A DNA stretch of 64,000 bases from Candidatus Xenobia bacterium (lineage in GTDB: Bacteria > Vulcanimicrobiota > Xenobia > Xenobiales > QWHO01): assembly GCA_045863235.1 (NCBI GenBank), contig BTUM01000005.1, positions 122,912 through 186,911 of the forward strand, in the 5' to 3' direction. This document shows, in pieces, positions 16,716-26,038 of this stretch. The notes beneath the pieces were generated by a model, which searched no databases, had not been told where the DNA came from, and saw only the letters and a program-made list of their open reading frames with translations. Position numbers and translations under genes: made by a program. Numbering within the stretch: position 1 is the stretch's first letter; each line of letters opens with the position of its first letter.

Positions 16716-18536
16716 ATGCGCTCTCCTCTTTATGCCGAGCGAAAAACTCTGCCTTTTGGAGGGGAAGCCCTCTACACCTATGAGCGCAGCCTCTGGCCCG
16801 TGCCGCTGGAAAACTGCCAGCCACCCCCGCCTGGCTGGGAGGGCGAAGCTCTGCTGTGTCGCAGCCTCCAGGCGGCTTACGCGACCCTCTTCGTCAGTTT
16901 GTGCGACCTTCTTGAGGAGCTGCTGCAGGTTCGCTGCTGGAAGGCTCCCGCCAGCCTCGGAGCGCTGCTCGACTGCCTGGCTCCCGGTCGCTGGTCGAGC
17001 GCCTTCCGGCCGGCCACTCTGCACAGCAGCATGGCTTCGCGGCGGGCCAATGTCTTCGTGCTGGACGCACTCGACTGGGAACGCGGAGAGGTTCGTCCCA
17101 CCGGCGTGCTGGTGCTCGACTTGAGCAGGCGGCCGGACTTTCCGCTGCTCGACCTGCTCGACGATTGTGAATGCTGGCTGGTGGCCACTGTGCAACGCTG
17201 GCGGGCGCCCGAGCTCTCGAGCCCGGCCCTGCTCAGCCTGTATGCGCGCCAGTGGCAGGGCGAGGGACTCTCGACCCTGGGGGCGGCCAGCGAGCTGGCG
17301 CGGCGGGTGCGCTCGGTGGTGGGCGCCAGCCCCACCCTTACGCAGCTCTGGGAGTGGAGCCTGCCCGACCGGGATCTGACCGCCTACCGCGAACGCGCCC
17401 CGGCACCCCGACGCCCTGCCCGCGGTTGGCCCCCGCAGCCCACCTTGGGCCAGAGCGAGAGCGCCTGGTTGGGCGAGCTGAGGAAGTGGCGTCGGAGCAC
17501 TCTGGCCCTGGCCGACCGCTCCCGGCCGGTGGAGCTGCGGGCACTGGAGCAGCGCTTGCAGGCCTACGAGGAGGTCCCCATCGAGCCGCTGCTCTTCTCC
17601 AGCGCCATGGCGGCGCTGGCCGCCCTGGCCGTACTGATGCCTCGTCTCAGCTCCCAGGCGGCCTACTTCGAGACCGCTTTCCTCTTGAAGGTGCTGAGGG
17701 TCAGCGGGCAGGACGTGCAGTGGCTCGAGTCGGTGCGCTACGACTGGGAGCTCACTCCCTGGAGCCTGGAACTCCCCTTCCAGAGCCCGGTGCTGGTGGT
17801 GGACACCACGCTGACGGGCAATCGTTTTCGCCTGAGCAACCTGTGGGAGCGCCATCGGCCCCAGCTGGCGGTGCGCGTCTTCTCTGCCCTGAAGCTGGAC
17901 CAGCGCGGCCAGGAGCTGGAGAATGTGGGAGCGGTGCTTTTGTCGGGCTCTCCCGGGGTGGTGGCTCCGGTGGCCCAGGCCCTCAGGGCGCTGCGCACGG
18001 CCTGCGGCACCGAGCCGGATTGCGCCCGACTATCTCCCGACTGGGTGCTCGACCCCAACGACCCCCATGCCGAGGCGGTCCTGGAGAGCAATGCCTGGCT
18101 GGCCGCCCGCCTGCAGCCCGGCGGGCTGCTCCGGCGGGTGGCGCACCCCTCTTTGACCAGCTCGCTCCCCTGGGCCTGCGCGCCGTTCGTGGTGCTGCAC
18201 CTGGTGGATGACAGCCATCCCTGGATCACGGCCGCGATCGAGCGTGAAGCCCGCGCTCTTCCCTTTCGCCGGGGCGCCAGCTTCGGCTTCGTGGACCACC
18301 GCCACGAGTCCATCATCCCCGTGTTGCGCGAGCAGCGCCCGTTATTCAAGGTGGCCATGGGCAGCTCACCCGGGCCTTCTCGTCAGGCTGTGCTGGAGAT
18401 CTTGCAGCGAGTGCTCTCCCATTGTTCCGTCGGTGCGCTGCGGCGGGCCTACCCGGGTCTGCGACCGGCTCAAGTGGCCCGGGACTGGTCCGCCCCCAGC
18501 CCGCGGATGCTGCGTTTTCTTGCAGATTTGCTCTAG
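16716..18536 (+). CDS. Hypothetical protein (606 aa, no recognisable domain)
   Basis: Long ORF with protein-like composition (Leu/Trp/Asp-rich). The opposing-strand ORF 16437..17855 is Gly/Arg/His/Gln-rich, typical of antisense frames. Confidence 0.5.
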   Translation: MRSPLYAERKTLPFGGEALYTYERSLWPVPLENCQPPPPGWEGEALLCRSLQAAYATLFVSLCDLLEELLQVRCWKAPASLGALLDCLAPGRWSSAFRPATLHSSMASRRANVFVLDALDWERGEVRPTGVLVLDLSRRPDFPLLDLLDDCECWLVATVQRWRAPELSSPALLSLYARQWQGEGLSTLGAASELARRVRSVVGASPTLTQLWEWSLPDRDLTAYRERAPAPRRPARGWPPQPTLGQSESAWLGELRKWRRSTLALADRSRPVELRALEQRLQAYEEVPIEPLLFSSAMAALAALAVLMPRLSSQAAYFETAFLLKVLRVSGQDVQWLESVRYDWELTPWSLELPFQSPVLVVDTTLTGNRFRLSNLWERHRPQLAVRVFSALKLDQRGQELENVGAVLLSGSPGVVAPVAQALRALRTACGTEPDCARLSPDWVLDPNDPHAEAVLESNAWLAARLQPGGLLRRVAHPSLTSSLPWACAPFVVLHLVDDSHPWITAAIEREARALPFRRGASFGFVDHRHESIIPVLREQRPLFKVAMGSSPGPSRQAVLEILQRVLSHCSVGALRRAYPGLRPAQVARDWSAPSPRMLRFLADLL

Positions 18537-18771
18537 GGTCTCATTTGCACCCGGGGCGCGATGAAAACTCCGCGGTTCTTCCCTGAGGCGGAGAGTTCTA
18601 ATGTCAACAGACCCCGGCTCAGGCCTGTCCATGCTCGAGCAACCGTAGCTCGCTTTCCTCGCGCTTATCGCGGCCGCCCCGCACATTCGCTCACGGGCGT
18701 CGTTGATGGCCGGGGTGTAAGGGAAGGCGCATCCCTTCTGATGGAGCGAGCCGAGTGCACGACCTGCGACG

Positions 18772-19827
18772 TCAGTCGGGCAGATGCACGTGCATGTGAG
18801 GGCCGGTTTTTTGTGGGCTGTCGTAGAGGTATTCGTTATAGGGCTGCATCCCGGATTCCCAGGATAGTCGCTCCACGATTTTGGATTCTCTCAGGCTCAG
18901 CGGCAGAACCACGAAGTCCACTGCCAGGCCACGCCCGTGCCGATCGGCCGGGTTGCGGTTGGCCATCGTCGAGGTGATCACCACCTGGCGTTCAGGAAAC
19001 GTCTCCTTCAGGCGCCTTTCCAGACGCTGAAAGGCAAGGGCTGTATCCGCGCGCATGCTGAAGCCGCGATGACGCACGATGGTGCTCGGGAGTTGTCTTG
19101 CCAGCGCGGGATCGTCCTGACTTGTGTCCACCCGCACCACGACGCGCTCGGGAAAGCCCACTCTTAGATCGGAGACAGACAGGCCGGCTGAGCGGGCCAG
19201 ATGGGCGCGCTGATGCTCGGGCATCGCGGAAGCCTGATCGGCCGTCACCAGCCCGCCGGTATCCTTCCAGCGGCCGCCAGAGAAGAGCTGACCGGCCACC
19301 GGTCGGTGGCCGAAGGACCGGGCGCCGTCAATCTCCACCCCAAGACTGCGCTGAGTGTCCAGGGGCTCTCCTGGGAAGGATCCGGGCACGGCCGGGTAGA
19401 TCAGGGCTTGCTCGGGACGACCGCTGGCCACCCCCTCGGGCTGAGCGCCGGCGCGCTGCAGGAAGTGCTTCTGTTGGGCCGGGGGCATGGCGGCGTACTG
19501 ATCGGCCGTTACGTAAGTCTGGGTATCCGCCCAGTTCCCGGAACGGTCAAAGTAGACTCCGTTCCTGGCGGTGTGGCCGAAGGTGCGCCAGCGAGTGGCC
19601 GGCACATGGCCCGGGCTGAGCCCGTCATCGGCCACCTCCGAGGTCCCTCGTAGGGCCAGCGCGGGCCGAGGATCCATCGCTTGCGCCGCCAGGGTGATCT
19701 GGATCGGCTCCAGGGGCTCCCGCGGCTGGCTGGGGAGAAGGCTAAGACTGCCGGCAACTAACGCCCCGATGGCCACAGCTTGCTTCCAGCCCGAGGCGGA
19801 ACTGGGTAGCGAGCTCGACCAGACCAT
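18772..19827 (-). CDS. Secreted M15-family (LAS superfamily) zinc peptidase-like protein with an internal ~45-aa duplicated segment
   Basis: C-terminal H-x-x-G-x-A-x-D motif (NRNPADRHGRGLAVDFVV) and terminal HMHVHLPD. Signal peptide MVWSSSLPSSASGWKQAVAIGALVAGSLSLLPSQP if the start is at 19827; the track start at 19911 would add 28 aa before it. Internal repeat VTADQYAAMPPAQQKHFLQRAG versus VTADQASAMPEHQRAHLARSAG. Confidence 0.65.
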   Translation of the reverse strand: MVWSSSLPSSASGWKQAVAIGALVAGSLSLLPSQPREPLEPIQITLAAQAMDPRPALALRGTSEVADDGLSPGHVPATRWRTFGHTARNGVYFDRSGNWADTQTYVTADQYAAMPPAQQKHFLQRAGAQPEGVASGRPEQALIYPAVPGSFPGEPLDTQRSLGVEIDGARSFGHRPVAGQLFSGGRWKDTGGLVTADQASAMPEHQRAHLARSAGLSVSDLRVGFPERVVVRVDTSQDDPALARQLPSTIVRHRGFSMRADTALAFQRLERRLKETFPERQVVITSTMANRNPADRHGRGLAVDFVVLPLSLRESKIVERLSWESGMQPYNEYLYDSPQKTGPHMHVHLPD

Positions 19828-20126
19828 CTGATCGGGGCTCTGGGCAGCTATCGGCCGCGCCGGTTGGGAGAGGGCGCTCCAGGCGTTGACCTGTTTCGGG
19901 CAAACGATCACAGCCTCATCCTATTCGAGAGGTCTGAAAAGTCCCTGACGGCCAGGCTCACTCCTGGCCTTGAGGAGGGGGAGGCCCGCCCAGGCCAGCA
20001 CGCGCTCGAGGGTCGAGCCGAGAAAGGCATCCCCGAGGCTGTCGTGGCCGTTGCTGTTACCGGCGCTCAATTCTTACACCCTCCTTCCGCAGGGCCGACC
20101 CCGCCCGACGTCCAACAGTCTGGGCC

Positions 20127-20468
20127 ATGGATTCCCTGGCACGAATCGTGCGAGAGCTCATCGAACGAGCCCGCGCCGGCCCGCTCTCGGACGAGCGCCA
20201 GATGGTGGCCAACATGGTCTACATCCGCGAGCAACTCGAGGCCATGCACCAGCGCCACGGCGAGCCCCGCGATCAGCCTGAGGAAGAGGAGCTGCGCAAT
20301 GACCTGCGCGAGACCGTGGACCAACTCTACCGGGGGCTCGAAGACCTCGAACAGGGGATATTGGACCGGAACGACGAGCTGCTCGAGATCGCCCGAACCA
20401 CTCTGCTCGCCGCTCTGAAAGCGCTGGCGGGGCTGGAGCAACGGGCCGACAACCTGGCTGCCGAGTAG
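20127..20468 (+). CDS. Hypothetical acidic helical protein (113 aa)
   Basis: Helical, heptad-like composition (RELIERARAG...EEEELRNDLRETVDQLYRGLEDLEQGILDRNDELLEIA). No domain assigned. Confidence 0.4.
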   Translation: MDSLARIVRELIERARAGPLSDERQMVANMVYIREQLEAMHQRHGEPRDQPEEEELRNDLRETVDQLYRGLEDLEQGILDRNDELLEIARTTLLAALKALAGLEQRADNLAAE

Positions 20469-20500
20469 CTGTTTACGAATCGGCAATCTGGCGGTATACT

Positions 20501-20926
20501 ATGGGGAAATACTCCCCGAGGAGGCCTCTCGCCTTGGCAGTCATCGGCGGCTCTCCCTTTCAGCAGAACCCTCTGGGTTTCAACACCGGTCTTTCCACGC
20601 CCGGAGTCGGCCCGGCCGGCAGCCTGGCCTTCACGGCCCCGATGGGCCCCGGTGGGCTCAACTACGGCGGCCAGGTCATGTCCGAAGTCGACCTGCTGGT
20701 GGCGTTGATGAAGTTGCTGCAGCAAGGACAGAGTTGTCCCTCCGGTCAGTGCGCCGCGCCTGCCTCCACCAGCCCCGGCTTGCAGTCGGCCGCTGGCAAG
20801 GGTGGCGGGGCCCTGGCCAAGGCCGCTGGCAAAGGCGGCGGAGGAGCCCGGCCTCAGGCGCCCGCCCTCGCAGCCGCTGCGGGTAAGGGTGCCCCGGCCC
20901 TCAAGCAGGCCACCGGCAAGGCCTGA
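20501..20926 (+). CDS. Hypothetical Gly/Ala/Lys-rich low-complexity small protein
   Basis: 141-aa ORF with a C-terminal AAGKGGG(A) repeat region. The start is uncertain: a -10-like TATACT directly abuts the ATG. Weak call. Confidence 0.3.
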   Translation: MGKYSPRRPLALAVIGGSPFQQNPLGFNTGLSTPGVGPAGSLAFTAPMGPGGLNYGGQVMSEVDLLVALMKLLQQGQSCPSGQCAAPASTSPGLQSAAGKGGGALAKAAGKGGGGARPQAPALAAAAGKGAPALKQATGKA

Positions 20927-21043
20927 GCACGATTCAGCCGCCGGTAACCGTTTCCGGCTGATTGTGCTGGAAGCCCGTCGCGAGTCGCGGTGCGTACTCC
21001 CGCAGGCCCTCCGAGTGCTGACGCCGAACCTCCCGCAACCCCG

Positions 21044-22972
21044 ATGACAGACTCGGAGCTCTATCGCGCCCTCTTGCTCCCCCGCCGCATCGAGGAGCGA
21101 ATGCTTCTCTTGCTGCGTCAGGGCACCCTGAGCAAGTGGTTCTCCGGCATCGGTCAGGAGGCCGTGGCGGTGGGCGTGGCCACGGCCCTCGAGTCTGACG
21201 ACGCCATCTTGCCCATGCACCGCAACCTGGGTGTCTTCACCGCGCGAGGGCTGGATCTGGCCGAGCTGTTCCGCCAGCTCCTCGGACGTGAGAGCACCCT
21301 CACCCACGGTCGCGACCGCAGCTTTCATTTTGGCTCTCCCTCCCACCACATCATCGGGATGATCAGTCATCTGGCGGCCATGCTTCCGGTGGCCTGCGGG
21401 CTGGGGCTGGCCTATCGCCTGCGAGGCGAGCAGCGAGTCGTGGCCGCCTTCACCGGCGATGGTGCGGCCAGCCAGGGCGACGTGCACGAGTCCCTGAACC
21501 TGGCTGCGGTCTGGAAGCTGCCCGTGATCTTCTGCCTGGAGAACAACCAGTACGCCCTCTCCACCCCCTTCGAGCAGCAGTGCAGCGTGGCCGACCTGGC
21601 CGGTCGGGCGGCCGGCTACGGCATCCCGGGCGTGGTTTGCGACGGAAACGACGTCAGGGCGGTTCGGACCGCCGTACAGGAGGCCGCCGGGCGGGCTCGT
21701 GCCGGAGAGGGTCCGACCCTGATCGAGTTCAAGACCTTCCGGGTCCGCGGGCATGAGGAAGCCTCCGGCACGGCCTACGTCCCCCCGGAGTTGATCGAGG
21801 AGTGGAAGGGCAGGGACCCTGTCGTTCGCCTGGCGGACCAGGTTCCCCCAGAGGAGCGTGAGCGGCTTTCAGACGAGCTCGATGGGCTGGTGCAACGAGC
21901 CCTGGAGGAGGCCCTGGCCACCCCCCGGCCCGCCTCGACTCCTGATCGCGAGCTGGCCGACGTCTACGTGTCGCCGGGCCTTCTCGAGCCCGACCGGCTC
22001 TCCGCCTCGACGCGCGAGCTGCGCTACGTGGATGCCCTGCGCGAAGGGATGCGCCTGGCCCTGGCAAGCCAGCCCCGCTGCCTGATCATGGGCCAGGACG
22101 TGGGCCATTATGGCGGAGTCTTCAAGGCCACCGAGGGACTGTTAGAGGAATTCGGACCCGAGAGGGTGCGCAACACGCCCTTGATCGAGTCGGGAGCGGT
22201 GGGCGCGGCTCTGGGCCTGGCCCTGGAGGGCTTCCGGCCCATCGTGGAGATGCAGTTTGGCGATTTCATCAGCTGCGCCTTCAACCAGATCGTGAACAAC
22301 CTGGCCAAGACCCGCTATCGCTGGGGGCCGGGCGTGGGCGTGGTGGTGCGAGCCCCGGTGGGCGGCGGAACAGGAGCAGGGCCCTTCCACTCGCAGAACG
22401 TGGAGGCCTATTTCGCCAACGTGGCTGGTCTCAAGATCGTGGCTCCCTCCACCCCTCACGACGCCAAGGGGCTGCTCCTCTCGGCCGTGGCCGATGGCAA
22501 TCCGGTTCTGTTCCTGGAGCACAAGCTGCTCTATCGCTCGCTGAAAGGACCGGTGCCCGAGGGGATCTACGGTGTTCCCATCGGCTCGGCCCGGGTGGTT
22601 CGCCCGGGCAGCGCCGCCACGGTGGTCACCTACGGCATCGGCGTGCACTGGGCTCTGGAGGCGGTCGAGGAGCTGGGGGCCGAGGTGGAGATCGTCGACC
22701 TGCGCACGCTGCTGCCCTGGGACCGGGAGACAGTGCTGGGCTCGGTGCGCAAGACCGGTCGCTGCCTGGTTCTGCACGAGGCTCCCCTGACCGGGGGCTT
22801 CGGAGGGGAGCTGGCCGCCAGTATCGGCCAGCACGCCTTCGAGTGGCTGGATGCGCCGGTGATGCGTCTGGGCTCTCTGGACACGCCCGTACCCTTCGCC
22901 CGCGAGTTGGAGGAGGTCTTCTCGGCCCGTCGCGGCCTGCTCGATGCACTGCGGGACCTGCTGGCATACTGA
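21044..22972 (+). CDS. Thiamine-diphosphate-dependent 2-oxoacid dehydrogenase E1 component, fused alpha and beta subunits
   Basis: N-terminal half matches the E1 alpha TPP-binding fold (GIGQEAVAVG...TGDGAASQGDVHESLN...). C-terminal half matches E1 beta / transketolase pyrimidine-binding (MGQDVGHYGGVFKATEGL...RVRNTPLIESGAVGAALGLA...). Start at internal ATG 21044. Confidence 0.9.
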   Translation: MTDSELYRALLLPRRIEERMLLLLRQGTLSKWFSGIGQEAVAVGVATALESDDAILPMHRNLGVFTARGLDLAELFRQLLGRESTLTHGRDRSFHFGSPSHHIIGMISHLAAMLPVACGLGLAYRLRGEQRVVAAFTGDGAASQGDVHESLNLAAVWKLPVIFCLENNQYALSTPFEQQCSVADLAGRAAGYGIPGVVCDGNDVRAVRTAVQEAAGRARAGEGPTLIEFKTFRVRGHEEASGTAYVPPELIEEWKGRDPVVRLADQVPPEERERLSDELDGLVQRALEEALATPRPASTPDRELADVYVSPGLLEPDRLSASTRELRYVDALREGMRLALASQPRCLIMGQDVGHYGGVFKATEGLLEEFGPERVRNTPLIESGAVGAALGLALEGFRPIVEMQFGDFISCAFNQIVNNLAKTRYRWGPGVGVVVRAPVGGGTGAGPFHSQNVEAYFANVAGLKIVAPSTPHDAKGLLLSAVADGNPVLFLEHKLLYRSLKGPVPEGIYGVPIGSARVVRPGSAATVVTYGIGVHWALEAVEELGAEVEIVDLRTLLPWDRETVLGSVRKTGRCLVLHEAPLTGGFGGELAASIGQHAFEWLDAPVMRLGSLDTPVPFARELEEVFSARRGLLDALRDLLAY

Positions 22973-23113
22973 TACCCCGGTCTGCCTGCCCAACGACACT
23001 GTGCCTCGGGGGCTGCGGCCACAACCACCGGGCGACGCCCCTCCTGCTCGTGGCCCTGGGGGCGGTGGAGGGGGAGCCTGACAACGAGGACATCCCCAGC
23101 CACGACGGCCCGC

Positions 23114-23464
23114 TCAGGCACTGATGACCAGGCCCGTTCCGGGCCGATAGTGCACGGGCTTCAGGTTGGGCTCACCGGACGGGCCCCAGTCGAAGAGCGG
23201 CAATGGGTCTGATGGACCCGCATCCAACCACTCTCTTGACTCGATGTCCTGGCCCTCGAGCGCTCGAAGTACGTCGCTTTCTTGAATTCGCCAGCGATTT
23301 CCAACCTTGATTCCCGGAAGTCGGCCCTGCTGCAGCCAACCGATCACGGTCCTGCGGGAGAGCCGAAGGCGTGTTGCGGCCTCCTCCGGTGTTAACAGCG
23401 AGGGCACGACGAAACTTCTCCTCTGAGTGGCTTTAGAGTACAAGTTGCTAACACAACCTGACAT
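23114..23464 (-). CDS. Helix-turn-helix (excisionase / MerR-family HTH_17) DNA-binding protein
   Basis: LTPEEAATRLRLSRRTVIGWLQQGRLPGIKVGNRWRIQESDVLRAL is an excisionase-type HTH. Start ATG 23464 is preceded by GGCAGGAA. This is the C-terminal tail of the 927-aa antisense track ORF. Confidence 0.55.
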   Translation of the reverse strand: MSGCVSNLYSKATQRRSFVVPSLLTPEEAATRLRLSRRTVIGWLQQGRLPGIKVGNRWRIQESDVLRALEGQDIESREWLDAGPSDPLPLFDWGPSGEPNLKPVHYRPGTGLVISA

Positions 23465-23626
23465 TTCCTGCCATGCTCGCCTGCTCGAAACCGTCCAGCG
23501 ATTGGGCAAACTACGCATTGTTCGAGGAGCCTGAATGTCTGAGCTTCCCGTTGTGGCACTGGGGTCCAGAGTGTTTGGGAGAAGTGCTTTCAGGCCTCTT
23601 TCCGGGTCAGTCGGTAGACTGCTGGC

Positions 23627-24676
23627 GTGAACGCCCTTTCCGCGATCCACCACCCGGGCCTTCGCTGGACCGCCAGGCCAGTGGCGGCCAGCGTTGCCCC
23701 GGACCGTCTGACCACGGGGACAGTCACCCGCGAGGCCTCGCGGCGCGATCTGCTGGCAGTGGTGGCGCAGAGTGGGAAGCCTTACTACGATGAGGCCAGC
23801 GACCTGACAGCCCGGGCGAGCTACTATGCCAGCATCGACGCCAACCTGGCTCCGGCCGCCCTCTTTGACGAGCTCCACCAGCTGGTCAGCAGCACCCACA
23901 CCAACTGGCTCGACTACGACGCAGCCAGACACCTTTACCCCTGGGTCGACCTGCGCCCCTCGCTTCGCCTGCAGAGCATTTACTCGGCTCAGAGCGTGGC
24001 CACCGACGATCCGGTGCGCCGCCCCACCGATTCCCCGAAACTCTTCAAGCGAAGCCGCAGCGGGATGAAGCGCCTGGAAGCCAGGATGTCTCGGCGCGAG
24101 GAGGTGTTCCGCCAGGCAGAGGATTGGATCAAAGCCCTCTCCAGCGCGCCCACCGACGCGGCCACGCTGGCCAGCCGGATCGCCCTGGTGGAGGCGGCCA
24201 ACTACTTCAACTGCGAGCACGCCGTCCCTCAGGTGCTGTTCGACCGCCAGGAGCCGATGCGGGGCGACCTGCACCACCTGTTCACCGCTGAGCGGGACAT
24301 CAATGCCGTGCGCAGCAATCGCCCTCTGGCCGACTTCCCCGAGTATGAGGGAAAGCCCATCCAGGGCGCCGAGCCCGAGGGTTACGCGCCTGCCGAGCAA
24401 CCCGGGTTCGAGCCTGCCGGGGGCAAGGGGCCGATGGCGCGGGCGGTGCTCTACTTCATGGTTCGCTATCCGTGGGTGCTCAAAGGGGCGGGCGAGCTCG
24501 GCTACGACCATGCCGAGCTGGAAATCTTGCGCCGCTGGAGCCGGGAAGACCCACCCGGGCTCTATGAGAAGCATCGCAACGCCGAGACTCAGGCCCAGCA
24601 GGGCAACCGCAATCCCTTCGTGGACCACCCCGAGTGGGTTGATCGGGTCGACTTCTCGCTCGCTCTGGTGGACTGA
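23627..24676 (+). CDS. Endonuclease I family (EndA/NucM-like) deoxyribonuclease
   Basis: Endonuclease_1 motifs FNCEHAVPQ, RGDLHHLFTAERDINAVRSNRP, NRNPFVDHPEWV. Begins with GTG. No obvious N-terminal signal peptide. Confidence 0.8.
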   Translation: MNALSAIHHPGLRWTARPVAASVAPDRLTTGTVTREASRRDLLAVVAQSGKPYYDEASDLTARASYYASIDANLAPAALFDELHQLVSSTHTNWLDYDAARHLYPWVDLRPSLRLQSIYSAQSVATDDPVRRPTDSPKLFKRSRSGMKRLEARMSRREEVFRQAEDWIKALSSAPTDAATLASRIALVEAANYFNCEHAVPQVLFDRQEPMRGDLHHLFTAERDINAVRSNRPLADFPEYEGKPIQGAEPEGYAPAEQPGFEPAGGKGPMARAVLYFMVRYPWVLKGAGELGYDHAELEILRRWSREDPPGLYEKHRNAETQAQQGNRNPFVDHPEWVDRVDFSLALVD

Positions 24677-24700
24677 GCCTGCAGGCCGGAGTCGGCGCGG

Positions 24701-25990
24701 TTGCGAAGGCCCGCGCTCGTGAGCCCCTTGCGTCTGGCTGGACTCAGCCTTTACTGGTTCGGCACTCAGGCCCACTGGACGGCCATCATGATCACCCTCC
24801 TGCCCCTCCAGGCCGAGCGCATCGGGGGCAGTGAATTCAAAGGCCAGACGCTGGGTCAGATCATGGCCGCCGGCGCCTTCGTCTCCATGGCCGTCTGCCC
24901 GCTCTTCGGCGCCTGGTCGGATCGGGTGCGCACCCGCTGGGGACGGCGCCTCCCGTTCGTGGTCGGAGGCACGCTGCTCAACGTGCTCTTCTTGCTGGCC
25001 ATGGCCGTTTTGCCCGACCATCCGGAAATGCTCACTCCTTACGTGCTGGTCTTCATGGGCATCCAGCTGACCAACAACCTGGCCACCGCGCCCTACTCGG
25101 CCCTGATCCCCGACGTGGTGCCGCCCGAGCAGCGCGGTGCCGCCAGCGGCTGGATGGGCCTGATGATGATGCTGGGCAACTTCGTGGGAGGCCTGACCGG
25201 CCTGCTGCTGCCTCTGCTCGGCGGGGTGAGCGGCGCTTACGTGGCCATCGCCGTGCTTCTCACGCTGAGCATGCTGGGTACCGTCCTGACGGTGAAAGAG
25301 CCTGCGCCCCCGGAGTTGCCGCCCTTCGCGCTGGGCGCCTTCCTCAAGGACCTGACGGCCCCGTTCCAATCGCGCGACTTCAGCTGGGTCTTCTGGACCC
25401 GGTTTCTGGTCATGCTGGGCACTTATACCGTGCAGTCCTTCTTGCAGTATTTCATGACCGACGTGGTGGGCCAACCGTTCGTGCTGTTCGGCTCCACCGT
25501 GGCCCGAGACGGCGCGTCGGCCACCTCGTTCTTCGTGCTGGCTCTGCTGCTGGGGGCCATCCTCAGCTCGCTGGCGGCGGGCAATCTCTCCGACCGCTTC
25601 GGGCGCAAGGTGGTGGTCTACATGAGCGGAGCCATCCAGGCGGCCTTCGTGCTGGGAATGCTGTTCATGCAGGACTTTCAGCTGGCGGTGCTGCTGGGGG
25701 TCGTCTTCGGACTCGGCTACGGAGCCTACCAGGCCGTGGACTGGGCCCTGGCCAGCGACGTATTGCCCAGCCACGACGACCACGCCAAGGACATGGGCGT
25801 GTGGCACATCGCCCTCACGCTGCCGCAGGTTCTGGCCATCCCCATCGGGGGGGTGGTGCTCGATCACGGCCAGGCCTGGGGCAAGCTGCACGGACACGTC
25901 AACGTCGGCTACAGCGCTCTCTTCGCCATGGCCTTCGTTTACTTCGTGCTGGGCACGGTGCTGGTCAGCAAGGTGCGGGGGGTGCGCTGA
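24701..25990 (+). CDS. MFS transporter
   Basis: 429 aa with about 12 predicted TM helices. MFS-like loop motif GAWSDRVRTRWGRRLPF between TM2 and TM3. Confidence 0.85.
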   Translation: MRRPALVSPLRLAGLSLYWFGTQAHWTAIMITLLPLQAERIGGSEFKGQTLGQIMAAGAFVSMAVCPLFGAWSDRVRTRWGRRLPFVVGGTLLNVLFLLAMAVLPDHPEMLTPYVLVFMGIQLTNNLATAPYSALIPDVVPPEQRGAASGWMGLMMMLGNFVGGLTGLLLPLLGGVSGAYVAIAVLLTLSMLGTVLTVKEPAPPELPPFALGAFLKDLTAPFQSRDFSWVFWTRFLVMLGTYTVQSFLQYFMTDVVGQPFVLFGSTVARDGASATSFFVLALLLGAILSSLAAGNLSDRFGRKVVVYMSGAIQAAFVLGMLFMQDFQLAVLLGVVFGLGYGAYQAVDWALASDVLPSHDDHAKDMGVWHIALTLPQVLAIPIGGVVLDHGQAWGKLHGHVNVGYSALFAMAFVYFVLGTVLVSKVRGVR

Positions 25991-26038
25991 AAGGAGAGTG
26001 GCCCTGGCCCCGGGCAGCTCGTTTCGGGTCGAGGATTG

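Noticed and set aside
16437-17855. 472-aa ORF on the minus strand
   Set aside because: Competes with plus-strand 16716-18536. The minus frame is Gly/Arg/Gln/His/Pro-rich and typical antisense, whereas the plus frame has balanced, hydrophobic-core-like composition. The plus frame was kept at modest confidence.
20327-21754. 475-aa ORF on the minus strand
   Set aside because: Antisense of the fused E1 gene and two small plus-strand ORFs. Arg/Gly-rich.
23114-25897. 927-aa ORF on the minus strand
   Set aside because: Arg/Gly/His/Gln-rich antisense frame covering two plus-strand genes with clear family signatures (Endonuclease I at 23627-24676; MFS transporter at 24701-25990). Only its last 116 codons (23114-23464) look like a real gene (excisionase-type HTH).
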